From contig MU619264.1 of the NCBI GenBank assembly GCA_025201805.1, forward strand, positions 186,199 through 250,198: a DNA stretch of 64,000 nucleotides. The letters run 5' to 3'. Of this stretch, positions 48,311 through 62,000 are shown piece by piece; the first letter of the stretch is position 1, and every line of letters starts with the position of its first letter. A program made the translations under genes and the position numbers. The notes beneath the pieces are model-generated. The model did no database searches. It saw nothing but the letters and a program-made list of their open reading frames with translations, and was not told the origin of the DNA. The DNA comes from Parasitella parasitica NRRL 2501. Taxonomy: Eukaryota; Fungi; Mucoromycota.

Positions 48311-50077
48311 TTACAATCTAGCCTTTTCAGTCTTCTGCATCCAACCAAAGTCTAACTTTGTCCTTCCTCCAGGAGTAATCATAACATTAATGACACAAGT
48401 TTCATCCTTGGCAGCCAAAGCTTCCTTGACAGCCTTTGCCAATTCGACTCTGTTCTTTACAAACCACCCCTTACCACCGCAGGCCTCTGAAATCAAATCA
48501 TAGCGAGTCTCTACGGAGAGAGATGTAGTGGGTAAAGTGCCGTCCTTAAGAGCAGCATGGTATTCCTCATCTTCTAATCCGTGGTAAATGCCGTTATTGT
48601 TGATTACAATGATTAAAAGTGGCAAGTGAGAGCGGACAGCTGTTTCTAATTCCATGGCAGAGAAGCCAAATGCAGAATCGCCTACGATACTGACAACTCG
48701 CTTAGCATTTCCATAGTACGATTGAGCGCCAATAGCGTAACCCATGCCGACACCCATAGTAGCACCCGTACCAGCATCTAAGCGATGTCTAGGCTCATTG
48801 ACATCGAAATAGGATCGGCCAATATCCATTGTATTAGCGCCCTCACTTACATATACGACGCCATCTTCAGGGAGAATATTCTTAATGACGGTAAAGGCCG
48901 TTGCATAATTCAAGATGGCATTGTCTGATCCCTTGCTTCCAGCAACTTTGGTCTTTTCCACATTTTGCTTTACCTTGTCGACCAATCCTGACACATAAGC
49001 AGGATTCATGTTGGTAATTTTGCCATCCAAGGCTTGTGTGATTTGAGACACAACGAGCTGGATGTCACCCAAGAGAGGCACGGTGTCTTGACGGTTGTTG
49101 CGCAATTCTTCAGGGGAAATATCGATTTGAATAAAACGGACATTGCCGTTCCAACGAGGCGAGTGTCCATAATGAAGGATCCAATTCAAACGAGCACCAA
49201 TCAAAAGAACAACATCAGCGTCTTTCAGAGCTTTGGAACGAGCTGCTGAGACACATAATGGATGGCTATCAGAAATGACACCTTTACCCATGGGTGTAGG
49301 TAAAAATGGCGCTTGTGTCTTTTCGACAAGTTGTTTGATTTCACTTTCTGCACGAGCATACGCAGCACTAGAGTAAAATGCATCAATGGGGATAAAATAC
49401 AAGAGACGCAGACCCAAAACTTACCCTTTACCAATAACAATAAGTGGACTTTTGGCATTCTTCAGTAATGCTACAGCTTCATTCAAGTTGGCCTGATCAG
49501 CCATTGATTTGGGGGCATTTGGTACACGAGATACTTGAATGGCATCAAACACCTTTTTGTTGGTAATTGGATATTGAATAAAATCAGCCGGTAAGTCGAC
49601 GTAGGCAGCACCCGGTCTGCCGTACAAAGCCGTCCTGAAAGCCTTTTCAATGACAAATGGCAATTGCTCGAGAGAAGCGGGTCTAGCGCTGTACTTGCAG
49701 TACTGTCTGCATGCTTCAACTTGATCCAATTCTTGAAATGCGCCCATATCAGCTTGGTCTGTCTCACAAGAGCCAGAGAGTAGAACCATAGGCCAGCAAT
49801 TGATTTTTGAATTCAACAAACCAGCAAGAGCATGAACAACGCCTGGGCCTCCTACGCTGAGACAGACACCAGGACGTCCACTGAGATAGCCATAAACAGA
49901 AGCAGCATATGCAGCGGATTGCTCATTACGGAAACCGATAAATCGAATGCCAGCATTAACGCATGCTTCAGCGACTTCAACCACGGGAATACCAACAATA
50001 CCAAATACGACTTCGACGCCTTGGTTCTTTAATGTTTGAGCAATAAGGTCTGCTCCGGATGCAATAACTTGAGACAT
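48311..50077 (-). CDS. HACL1: TPP-dependent 2-hydroxyacyl-CoA lyase / oxalyl-CoA decarboxylase with PTS1 (-ARL), one intron
   Basis: VFGIVGIPV, FRNEQSAAYAA, GAFQELDQV, EGANTMDIGR, RLDAGTGATMGVG and the TPP motif GDSAFGFSAME..NNNG. Confidence 0.93.
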
Positions 50078-50309
50078 TTTTTTTATAGTATAATAGACAA
50101 AGAAAGGCGTAACAATCTCACACAAATGAGAGAAAAAAAAGCTTAATATTTATAGGATCGGGAGATGCGTTGTTGTGACCAACAAGATTTGTCATTTTGT
50201 GAAATAATACAACATATTCTTTGTGAATCTATATTTATACTTTTATTGTTCATTCTCTCAATGTGTGAATCATTGTCATCCCTTTTTTTGTTTGTCCATT
50301 ATCATATTT

Positions 50310-51904
50310 TTAGTCTCTTGCTCGTTTGCCGGATATTTTTTCAGATCTAATGCCTTCAATTTCGCACTTGACAAATGACATTGAATGTTTCATTTGAAAC
50401 ACTTTACTAGCATTTCCCCAGGTAACATGATTTCCTAGGTAACTGTATGGATCATGAACTGTTGATTTGTGATTATGACGTTCTAATCTCAATTTTCTAG
50501 CCAGATGGGCATCGTAAATCCAACGATAAAAATGAGCGAGATAGGATCTACATTGGCCGCCAAATGTAACATAGACAGGTTTTCTGTATTAAAACCAGTA
50601 TTTTTTAGTATCGTTTTTTTTTTTTTTTTGCATTTTATGAATTTATTTACCCTTTCGAAATGGCATGAGCACATGCATAATCCAGATCCGCTGTTAAAAC
50701 GATGCGCCGAGAATAATGAATGATATTTTCGTATCGTGTTAATTTGTTACTAGTAGACCCTTCCAAGGTAGAGTCCCAGGCAATTACGGATGAATGCATG
50801 CTTCCAAATTCACCAAATCTTTTGTTCATTGTGTCTTTTACCAACTGGGGTGTTCTGTCTGTATATATTACCACTACCTTATCGCCTAAATTCTTGACCA
50901 TGCGCTATTTCAAGACCAAAGTTGAGTAGCGCAAAATAACTGTACTGCGCTCCATATTTTACCTTGATGTTATCAGCCAAATTAGCCGCATCTTCCGAAT
51001 ACCATCGGCAATTCGGAGAGTGTCCACCTACTACTACTGTTGTATACCCTTGGCTGAATGATGTCGGTATCATTTGATCGATTTGTTTGTATGAAGTTGT
51101 CGTTGTGTCAAGTAATGGTGCTGGCGTAATAATACCGTTCTTTTGCTTTGCTAATGGCCCCAGGGCAGCTACAATCAATCACTTTTTTTTTTAGCTCAAG
51201 TGATGGATAGTCCAGTATGCTTATTTACCCATTTTTGCATTGGCTTCATATTTCGGTAAAACGACCTGATCAAAGTTAACGAACGGTATATTTGGATATC
51301 CCACAAATACTAATGGCCAGACGTCAGAACACACTACAAGCAAACAAACAAAAAAAAAATAGGTGGTATTCTCTTACCCGAGAAGCATTTTTTATCTTGT
51401 TGCAATCTAGTAAGATGAAGACAAGCAGGCACAGCATCTTGTCCGCTTGTAATAACGTAATCTGGCTTGGTTTCATCAAATGATTCATCTTTTGCTGTTA
51501 GATACCACGGTAACGTGTTTAATGCGCCCTTATTTTTGGGTGCACTCCATTCTATGATGTATTTTTGTACAATAGCTGGAAACATATGCAATTCTACATT
51601 TCAACCACTCAATTTTTTTTGTACAAATATGACACAATCTACGCAAATACTCTACTTTTGCTCGCTACAACTGTCTTTATCTTGAACTTTTCTGGGCCTG
51701 ACAGTTGTTTTGCTAATGCTACGGCTTGCAACGAACTTTCAATGCCTCCATCAGTAACTACCCACACATTTGGATTGGCTCCATGTGTAGAGTAATAGCA
51801 AGGATGGACTCGAGCAAACCTCCCAAGTAATCTATCTGGATCTTGGTCAAACACTCCCGCTATGCAATTGAATTAAATAATAGCTTACAGCTTTTCCCAA
51901 GCAT
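50310..51904 (-). CDS. Mitochondrial fission ELM1-like (DUF1022) protein, 7 exons
   Basis: Spliced protein: basic N-terminus MLGKSYRLLGRFARVH, VWVVTDG..SLQAVALA, PDYVITSG, FDQVVLPKYE, VVVGGHSPNCRW, YTDRTP, IVLTADLDYACAHAISKGKPVYV. Confidence 0.75.
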
Positions 51905-53040
51905 GTTGCCCTTCAGAAAAGAAAAAAAAAGAATCTCTTCCTTTGATCATTCTTGAATGGCAACTCTTTGTTCAACAGTCTTTTTCTTGGACTCGGTACA
52001 ATTTCGTGACGACGCAATGGCTTGTTCCGTTCGGCCATAACAATGCTATTCCCTCTATTCAAGCTCGATTCACTCATAGATGTCAGTAAAATTGTGCATT
52101 CTGATAAATTGGATCTGGACATGTTGAAAAGAAGGAACTTCTGGCATCCTGCTGACTAGTATGTTGTTGCACTCGGAGCTTTGATACCAGCAATTTCTCT
52201 AGGATCCGTTAGCCATTTCAAATATCCCATTGTCCAGCGAAGAAACCTTGGGTATTTAGAAATACTATGCATCACAATCTCTGACAGTGATATTTTTTTA
52301 CATTTCCACTTGCTAAAGAAATCGGATCATTGCTTCATTAGGGTCGACAGCTTTCAGCTGTGGTTCATGAGACTTTGACCTTTGTAATAGTACTTTAGTT
52401 TAAAGCTGTTTCAAAACATAAATAAATTTCATATGGTCAACAATTTATTTCTGTAAACTTGTTAGAATATTACAATCGTCAATTGAAAGAGGAAAAGCAC
52501 ATTATTTATTAAATCAAAACATTATAAGGCAAACAAGACACACAAGAGTATATAAAATGTTACCATATGGTAAGCTTTGACTTCACAGCAGCTAATATTC
52601 TGCACTTCCCAGAATAGAAGGATGAATGGAAAAAGAAAATGCAAGCATCCGTCAGATTTTGAGATGGCTTACTCTTCAATAAAACTAGTCTTGAATAAAC
52701 AAGACAACATCAAGTGATTACTTTTTCAAAATGAAATATTTGCGCTGATCCGAGTTCAAATATTAGCACCAAAGACAAAGATGTTGATCCTTAAGTAAAC
52801 ATGTATCCCTAGAAAGGTCATTTTCAGTCTAGACTCAATGCAAATTGTAGAATTTAGCCTTAATCCCCCCCCCTTAAATGGTATAAACATAACAAATTCA
52901 CTTTATATTGACAAGTTTAGAAACATTTTCGGGCATTGTCTTACAAATAGAGCTAGATTTGGAACTTGGATCTCATGTCCAAGTCGTCTCACATATATTC
53001 AACAGTAAATTTATTTCTGTGCATGATATATACGAAATGC

Positions 53041-56000
53041 TTATAAAGTATTATCCATGTTTGCCTTGTTGCAAATAGGGGAGATTTGTTTATAGCAGGG
53101 TTTACAGAATTTAGCTGATTTATCAGGACAAACCAGAGCAGCATTCGACATACAGTTTGAACAGAAAAGTCCTCCACAGGTTTTGCAATGGTTTTTACGT
53201 TCTAATGGCAGTAAAATCATACAAGTTAATACATTATATTCTATTCAAGGAGGTTACGAAAAGAACAAACCTAGGACAGAAAATGCTTTTCGACATGTCA
53301 TACATTCTTTACACTTGTCTTCTCTTTGGACATGATAGGCGTCAGTTGTATCCGGTAATACAAAACTATACACTTGTCCTTGTCTATTTCCTGTAAATAA
53401 AGTTCTTCTTGAATTAGATACGGATAAAGCCAAAATATCTGATTCGTCAAAGCTAGTGTCTATTCTGTTTTTGTGGCCAATTTCGTGCACCAGCGTTAGG
53501 GACCATTTGTTTTGGCCTGTCTTTGTATCGACTTCTACTTGTTTAAGCCAAAATTTAACAGTACCTCGCCGATGTCCAGTGATAATTACATCTTTGATGT
53601 TCCATTCTGTTAATTTACGCTATAGACAGAGTCAGTATTATATCCAACGTATAGTACCATGGCTGGTTGATTGCATGCTTTTACCTCGTAGAATATGCAA
53701 GATAAGATAGACTCTGAGCTTGGACAGGCTGATTTTGTGAGATACAAGTCGCCATTGACAGTCCAGACACGGATTATATGGCCAGAGCAAGTAATAATAT
53801 CACCCTACAACCAAAAGTTACTTATTAGCATTTGATTCACCCTATAGAGACTTGTATACGTACAGTTGTATCATTTATACTAATTATTTGAACACCATTT
53901 TCATGCCCATCAAGTGTCTTGACATATTGCTTGCGATTCAAGTCCCAAATGATGGCTGTCTTATCCTATGTACTAGAGTTAATAGGATAAAACATGGCAG
54001 TATAAATCGTATACTTACTTCTGAACCGGTTACTAGGATACTGTATGTTCTAGATGCAGCAATTGTCGTAACAACGGATGAATGCCCTTTAAGACATTCA
54101 ACCAACATAAAATCAGTAGTAGCTTTCTCATTTTTCACTTGCCAAATGCACACAAGCTGTATAATTCAGGTAAGTAAGAGCAAATTATATGAATGTCAAA
54201 GATAATCAACATACATTATCAGTGCCACCAGTGACCAAAGTACGGGAGTCTGGAAAGCAAGCAGTGCTAATATATCCAATATGCAGGTTCTCAAAGATAT
54301 TTAGGAGCTTCCCAGTTTCAGTAGAAAATAATCTCAAGCTGTTATCAGAGAACCCCCATTCAATGTATCGTAAGCCATCAGGAGGCATCAGCAACTGCTG
54401 ACAAGCTGTAACGCCAAGTTTTTCATTGTATAAATCGATGCCTTCAATTTGCTGTTTTATATCTGTTATTCAGTAAAATGAGTCGTCAGTTGTGCGTGTA
54501 ATAATTAATAAAATTGATATTCTTACCACGCAGAGGCAGCAATGACTGCACCAGCTTGTCTAAATGCTCTTGAAAAACATAATAGCCTAAAGCCATAGGA
54601 TCAGTGATTGTGGGAGATCTCGCAGGATGAGGTTTTCTGAACAATTGACGAGGTGTTTGACCAAAATTGTTGATAATACCAATAGTTGCAGTTTTCTCGA
54701 CAATGTCAGTAATAGAGTCCAGGTCCACAGCGCCTTCATAGGATACATGGTGGAATACATTCAGAGAATCAACAGCTGCTTGGCCCTGTTGCTTAAAACC
54801 AAAGATCAAATCAATCCAATGATGCAAATTAGCACTGACATAATCACTCTCCAGAGCCTCACGATGACGCTGAATAAAGATCTTTGGGTCGCCATGTGCC
54901 CAAGGTGGCAATACAATCGAATCAATGGCCTCCCCAGTGCCCTGCTTGACACCAAAGTTGAACTTGTTGACGTTGGTCAAGAATTCAGGCAGGTAAAAGA
55001 ACTCTGGAATCAACTCTCTGACATCGCCCATGTTCTTTTCTGAAGCCGACTCCCAAGCCTTACCTATAGAATCAAACAATCGGTCGGCATGATCAAAGGT
55101 ACCGCCTTGTAGCTTGAGGTAATGCTGGGTGAATGGCTCCAAGCGAATCAGAAATGAGCAAACAATCATGGCAGAAGAATAGTGTGTGCCATAATGAAAA
55201 GCAGGTGTAGGATCGCCTGTTTCGCCCCATTGCCTGTAACGCTCGCCAAATTCTTGTCTTCTTTCTGCAGTTTGCGCGCCCATGGGACGAGTCAGATCTC
55301 TGAACGTCTTTGTATCGTTTAAATCAAGCTCTTTGCTGTGGTAATCAGCCAAAATCCACGGGAAGACGGGATACTGTGTAAGGTCATTGTAAGATCTCCC
55401 GGCAATGGCATTCAGATACATCAGATATTGGAAATTACTGAGTTCTTTGCGTTCCCATCTTTGAGTTAGATCATGCAATGTCGAGGTACCAAAGATACTT
55501 GATAGCCTGAATGTGCTGCTAAGGCCAGTCGCAGTGTAGCCATCCTTTTCCCTCCCAAAGATAGTTCCGCCTGATTCCTCATGCACAGGAACACGGCTTA
55601 CCAGCTTGGAGAACAGTTCATCTCGTTCCGAAAGAGCTACTGTAATCAATGCATTCTGACCATCAGTAAAGAATATTTCAAGGGCGACGTCTCTAAACAA
55701 GAATCGACGTTTGAAAACATCACGAAGGTCAGCAGTAGCCCACTTTCTACAGGTATGCAAATCGCCCAAAGAACTAATAAAAGGCTCGGTTTCCATGCCT
55801 GCAGCTTGAGCGACCAAGAGGAGGTATTGGTCGCGTTCTTCTTTCGGCACATCCCAAATCTCGACTACTTCACCATCATTAAGCTGAAAGAAATTGTCGA
55901 TGAGATAAATGTTGTTTTTACACAGCAAGAGCAGGCCCTCACAGGCGTCCAAACCAGCGATTTGGCTGACATTGTAAACATCAAGTACCATATCACCTTG

Positions 56001-59000
56001 ATCTAGTAACCGCAGGACCTTGCGGTTCTTGTCCTCTTCGTATGAGATTTGCTGCTCTTCCTCTTCATTAGCCTTGCTGATGCTTTCATTGATTGAACCA
56101 TCGTCTTCAACGGCAGATTGGTCATCTTCTTTACTCACAACGGAAGGCTGTTGTTGGGTCAATTCTTTGTCAACCTGCGTTTCAGATTTGCCAGCGCTGG
56201 TACCGCTGTTGATTGAAGACTTGACGGGTTTTGGAGAGCTGCTAGCTGTGGCTGATTTCTTGGGCATGTAGGAGGAATAGTCCTTATTAGAGAGAGACTG
56301 GAGTCTTTTGCGCATACGATTAGGGCCCTCTGTATAGTCGAGTCTCCATTTAAGATTACGAGACACTCGGGGACCCCAGATAGACCTCTCGCGAATCAAA
56401 TCTGCAGCAATACGAGTCCACTCGCTTTGGATAAAGTTTTCATGGCCATCAAAATCTTGTAGCGCCTTGGTGAAGCGGCTCATTTCAATTTCCTGAATAC
56501 TTTGCGACCAGGAAAGGGTCTTTAAAGTATAATCCAACATAATTTCTTGCTCGTAAGTTTCACGTTTCTGGATCCTTTTGAGTTTGTTGATGCGTCTTGT
56601 AATGTAGTTTTTAAATGTCTCTTTACTGTATTTGTTTTCTAGCGTGATTGTGTTTTCCCATGCTTTGCTGATGTGTTCGGTGAACAAGATGTTGAGCTCC
56701 ACCTTGCGAGAATCCAGCCATCTGTAAAATGATTCCAGATCCATTTCCAACATTTGCTTGAAGCCATCAATAAGGTCTTCTAATTCGACACCTTTGACGC
56801 GAATGTTGAAAATAGTGTCCACAGTAACAGGTCTCTGTAGAACCAACAGTTTCCACATACTAGCAGCAGAATCTCTGACCTTGTCGTCGTTGGACAGTAG
56901 GTAGCGGTAGAGATGATAGCAGAAACATTTCATAAACTCTACGTCGCTATTTTTAGCGCTTAAGATAATCTTTTGGTGATGAATGCAGTAATCCAAGAAG
57001 GCCACAGTTTTCAACGAGTCCAAATCACCGTGCTCAAGATCAGATATCTTGACCAAAATCATACGATTGAAGGAGCGATAGACACCAATGACAGATACAT
57101 CATTGGCCCCATAACGGCTGTTGAAGTCATCCGTGTGTAATATTTCCAGCAGTGTCGCCAGTAAATCGTATGTCTGTTCAGCTCCACCTTCTTTAAATCG
57201 GCCTTGGATCACAGCATCAGCAGCCATTTGCGAGAATTTGGCTGCATTCGACAACACGCGGGGGTCCAGCAAAGACTCCATTTCAACCTGAAAGGTGCAT
57301 TTTAGATTTTGAGCAATATGAGTCAAAAGATAGCTCTCAAAGACAAGCTGCTGTTCGTGCGAGCTAGGAGGAAAGGCAGAGAAAACAAGTAGTAAAGTAC
57401 CATTGTTTTTGCTCTGTGGGTCAGTGATAGACTCCACGCAAATATCCACCACAAAGTTCAGTAGGGAGTTCATCATGGGATCTTGCTGCACTTTTACGCT
57501 TGTCGGTGTGGCATTGGCCTGGCTCCAGGAAGCAGATCTCAATTTTGCAATGAATGCATTCCCTCTTTTTGACACATGTGGAGATGTTTTCGTCATGAGA
57601 GCAGATGTACCGCCGCGTTTGATTATGCTACTTCCCGACATGGTTGCATTGCTATCTATCGATGCCGTGTCATCATCATTGTATTTGCTGAAACGATCAA
57701 AGTATGGGCTATCGATGGGCGATGGAGCAGCCGAACTAGGTGAATTGAGATGATCCAAGTCAAAGTTTGTCAGGACGACGTCTTTGGATGTAAGCTCATC
57801 CTCTGCTGTCATTTGGTGAGTAGGACACACGGATGGAAACAGGATTTGAACCATGCAATCTAAAACATCCTGTTTGTTGCAAGCGTCTTTGAAAGCTGGT
57901 CGACTTTGATACAATTCATTAAACAGCTGGATAAAGTCGTCCATTGTACGTGATACTTCTGTTCTAGAGGTTGGTGACATGATCTGTTTCTCTGTAACTG
58001 GCCTCACACTAACGCTGTTGCTTCTGGTCCGAGGTCTCATCAAAGTGGGAGTGCTTGACAGCTTGGTGGAGGGCGTATCAACAGCTTTTCGTCCTTCGTC
58101 CCACATGGTAATGAGAATAGGCAAAATATCAGGCACAGCCATCTTGCTCCCTTCTTCACTGTCGTGCAGGCAAGTCCGCAAATGATTGATGTGAAACGTG
58201 CTGTAAACTGGATACTCTGCAACATCAATACCGACCATCATCAACATCAGGGTTTCATGTAGTTGCGTCAGATTCCAGTAAGCAGGCAGTAGCTGACGCA
58301 GGACAACAAATCCTTCAAAAGAGGTTCTAAATTTCTGAACATAGGCTGGGCCCTGCGTAACACAGATGCGAGCCAATATTCGAGCCGTCAATACAACAGT
58401 GAATGGGTTCAGTTGAGGGGCAAAGAAGAGTAAAGGCCATTTGTTGGTAATCGTAGTAGCGAATTTGCCAATGTAATCAGGGCCGATTGTGTTGTCACAC
58501 AAAATGTCGTGCAGCATTTCAAGAACAACGTTGCGCATTTGTACGCTCTTGGTTGTCGTGTTGTTTTGATGCAGTTTGGAGTCTGTTATTATCTCTATAG
58601 TAGCAGAAGACGATACTTCGGCATCCACGGACGATGCTGACGAAACGGAGTGGGTGCTGCCTGATCGCGCAAGTCCACGAGGTGCTTTTAATGACGAAGG
58701 TGCTTTGGATACAGTCGAAGCCAGAAAGGTGGCAACCGCCCGAATACTTTCTGTAGTCCAGTTGCTCAGCATGATCGCTTTGAGAGAATCAATGAGGTAA
58801 GGAACTAATTCTTTGGCGTAAATATTCATTCGAAAGGCCAAAAGAACCTTTTTTACCAGATCTACATTCACAAACTGTCAGTTTATAGATAAAAGCATGA
58901 ATCCCAGAACAACTTACGAATTTTTGGAAGGCGTCTCGAGTTGAAGTTTCTCATTCTGCTAGTGTTCAAGAATAATATAAACTGGTCTAGTTGAGCTTTT

Positions 59001-62000
59001 TGTACTGAGATTGCAGTCTTTTTCCATATTTCAAAGTTCAGGATAACATATCGATAGGCTAAAGGGTTATTGATAATAGAGTACCTTTAATATGTTTGAT
59101 AGATTAGTCTTTTTGTTATATGAAAGATTCAAACCAAACTTACTCTGGAGAATGAGGATTTTTGCCTATAAAGACGAGCAGTAATTCGACTAATTCAGGG
59201 GTAATCAGATCTCGCTTTTTCTTTAACAAATGGCCCAAGATTTCATAACCATGACATCTCTCCATGTCTTCAGAATTACGCCATGAATAACGGATAATTT
59301 CAAATAAAATGGCTGTCGATTTACATAAGGTTTCCGAAGTCTAATTAGGTATGGATTAGTTTGAAAGCCCCATTATGGTATATAAAACTGTTATTACCTC
59401 TGAGCGTTCAATCAATTTCAACGCAATTGCACAGCCGCCAATCTTCCAGATAGACTCATCTAAGCCAAATGGGTAGGCTGCAGTAGGGCCTCCTCCCAAG
59501 TAACCCATATTCTTGGGCATGTACACTGCTGCATCTAGTTTAGGGATTGCAGAGTTTATGACGATGTGCGAGTGATCGATTTCCATGGCGATGGTCGCTG
59601 CCGTTGTGTCGCTGATTCCTGATAATGTCAACCCAGTTCTGTTACCTTCGGCCAAAGTGTTACAGGCAAAAAAGGCAAAGAAGATCTTGTGCTCGGGTAT
59701 CTGCTGAAAGTGAGCATTTTTCATTACATTAGCAAGCATTCTTTGGCTTTGCACGGGAGAGTCTTTAAGACTGACTTGACTGGACTTTGATTTGGACATA
59801 CTTTTCAAAGTCAAAAACAACGACGTGGAGGCTTCGTAAGTCTGGAATTGACGCAGAGAGTCTTGAAACAACGATTTGTAACGGGCACCGAGATTGAAAA
59901 AGAGGTTGATTGTTTCTTTTTCCAGTGTCTCTTGTAGCAAGTAAGTTGGCCCAAGATCCCATATCAGCTGCGATTTCTCCAAGAGGTGCTCGCCGTCGAG
60001 GCATCCGATCACTGCTCTTAATGGGACGGTAGGGACGGAAGGTTGCACTATGTAGGGGCAACTCACTTGCTCAATCAGCACACCATTGATGTATAAACTC
60101 ATGCTGCTTGACTTGACAGAGAGCCGAGATTTGTTGTGTACAAGCGCAAGATGGTACCAGAACCCAGAGTGGAATTCGAACGATTTAATGACTACCTCTT
60201 GTTTATGAGAAATGCTGTGGATCTTGATCATTTTGGTAATTGGGTCTATGTAGATTCTGAATACAAGAATCCCATCATCCCAGACACTGAATAAGGACAG
60301 ATTTGATATGTCGTCTTGCCTTTCGATATGGATCCAAGATAATAGTGTATAGCCTGGGTTAGCAGGAGGAAAGTTGTCGAGCTGAGGCAATTCTAAGCAA
60401 GCATTTGGATTAGCGCCCATATCAAACTGGAAAAAGTTGGGCCATCTACTACGAGAGGCTCCTTGAAGAATCAAATCCAGTAATCCGTCTGAATCATTTA
60501 GAATAGCGTGTTCTTGTATGTTGAATTGCTGAAACAAGTACAAAATCTCTTGATAGCTGATACCCATCGTAATCAGCTTTTTGATGATTTGCAAGAGAAT
60601 TTCTCTTTCAGCAGCATCTTGTCCCCGCACTGCATCTTTGCTGGGAGGAAATGCACGCTGTAACAAGCCTAGTATAAGTCCACTGGAGTTCATCTTGACT
60701 TGGTTGCCTCGATTTGCTTGAGCTAATGCAAATAGAGCGCATAATACACCTCGAGATAACTGAGTGTCATCTTTGGATATCAATTGCTGTAAGTTTAAAA
60801 TAGTAGGTGTGATCTCAGGATTGGCAACCCTTGTGTTGGGCGATTTCAACGCAAGCTCAATCCGTTTCAGTAGGTCTAGTGTTATTGCCTGAGGTTCATC
60901 ATTGACTGTAGGGTGCTCCAGAAATAAATTGTACACAGATTCGTCGTCAATGGCAAACGCAAACAAGATGCCAAATATTTGATTGGGTATAAATCTCTCT
61001 TTGAATGCGCCAGTCAGTGTAATAGCATTCTCCAATGACCCGTAACCAACATTTGTGAGGAAATGCTTCTTATTGACGTCGTGATTATGCATCGATTCAG
61101 CCAACACCGAAAAGATGGTCTGAATAACAGCAATAATTTTAGTCTGCACTGTTTCCAAGCTACCATTGTTTTCGAATCTTTCTGGCTCTTCAAAAGCGCC
61201 TTCCATAGCTACAATCATTGATATTAGGCTAATATAGCCGCCCACCTTTCTGAATATATCTCGACTTGATGAGCGTGCTTTAAATATTCGCTTGATGGCT
61301 TTCAGCATTTCAAGTCTAAAGTCCAAATCATCACGGGGTATATACTGAATTGCTTCCATGACTCTGCTGAACGCATTGCCTGCCTCGGCTCTAGTTGGTG
61401 AGAGTGGTAAAGGCGGTGATTCATTCGAATATGATTTGGTATCATAAACACGGCTGGATAGGCTTTCGAATAATCTCAATGCACTAATGCGGGTTTCTGG
61501 ATATTGCAGCAAATCAAACAGGTTTCCTCGGTAACTGTCAAACTGATAAGACGCAAATACAGTATAAAAATATAACGTTGACTTACGATTTTCTAAATAC
61601 AGCGACATTGGCAGAGGTTGAAGTCATGGCAATGACACAATCGATGATCTGATCAAAGTTCTCGAGCGCATTTTGTAAAAATTCGTCATCTTTAGCTTGT
61701 GTCTGAACTTTTTCAGTTACATCCGAGAGCATTAAGCTCATAATGTTGATGAGGCCAGCCTCTTGTACAACGACAGCAAACTTGGGCGATAACTTGAGAA
61801 GTTCTGTCAAACATTTGCAAATCATTCCAATCATTTTTCCCGATGAGCTGCCTGTTGAGCTGGTGTGAGTAATGGGTGAGTGATTTAAGAGGCTATTCTC
61901 AAGACCTACTTTGAAGATGAAGCGACAGCACAGCCAATTCTTTGAGAGGGACAAAGTTGAGGTCCACCATGATAAAGATCAGCAACTCTAAAATCCCCTT

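Noticed and set aside
51950-52400. Coding-looking stretch upstream of the ELM1-like gene
   Set aside because: The frames I read contain stops and no recognisable motif.
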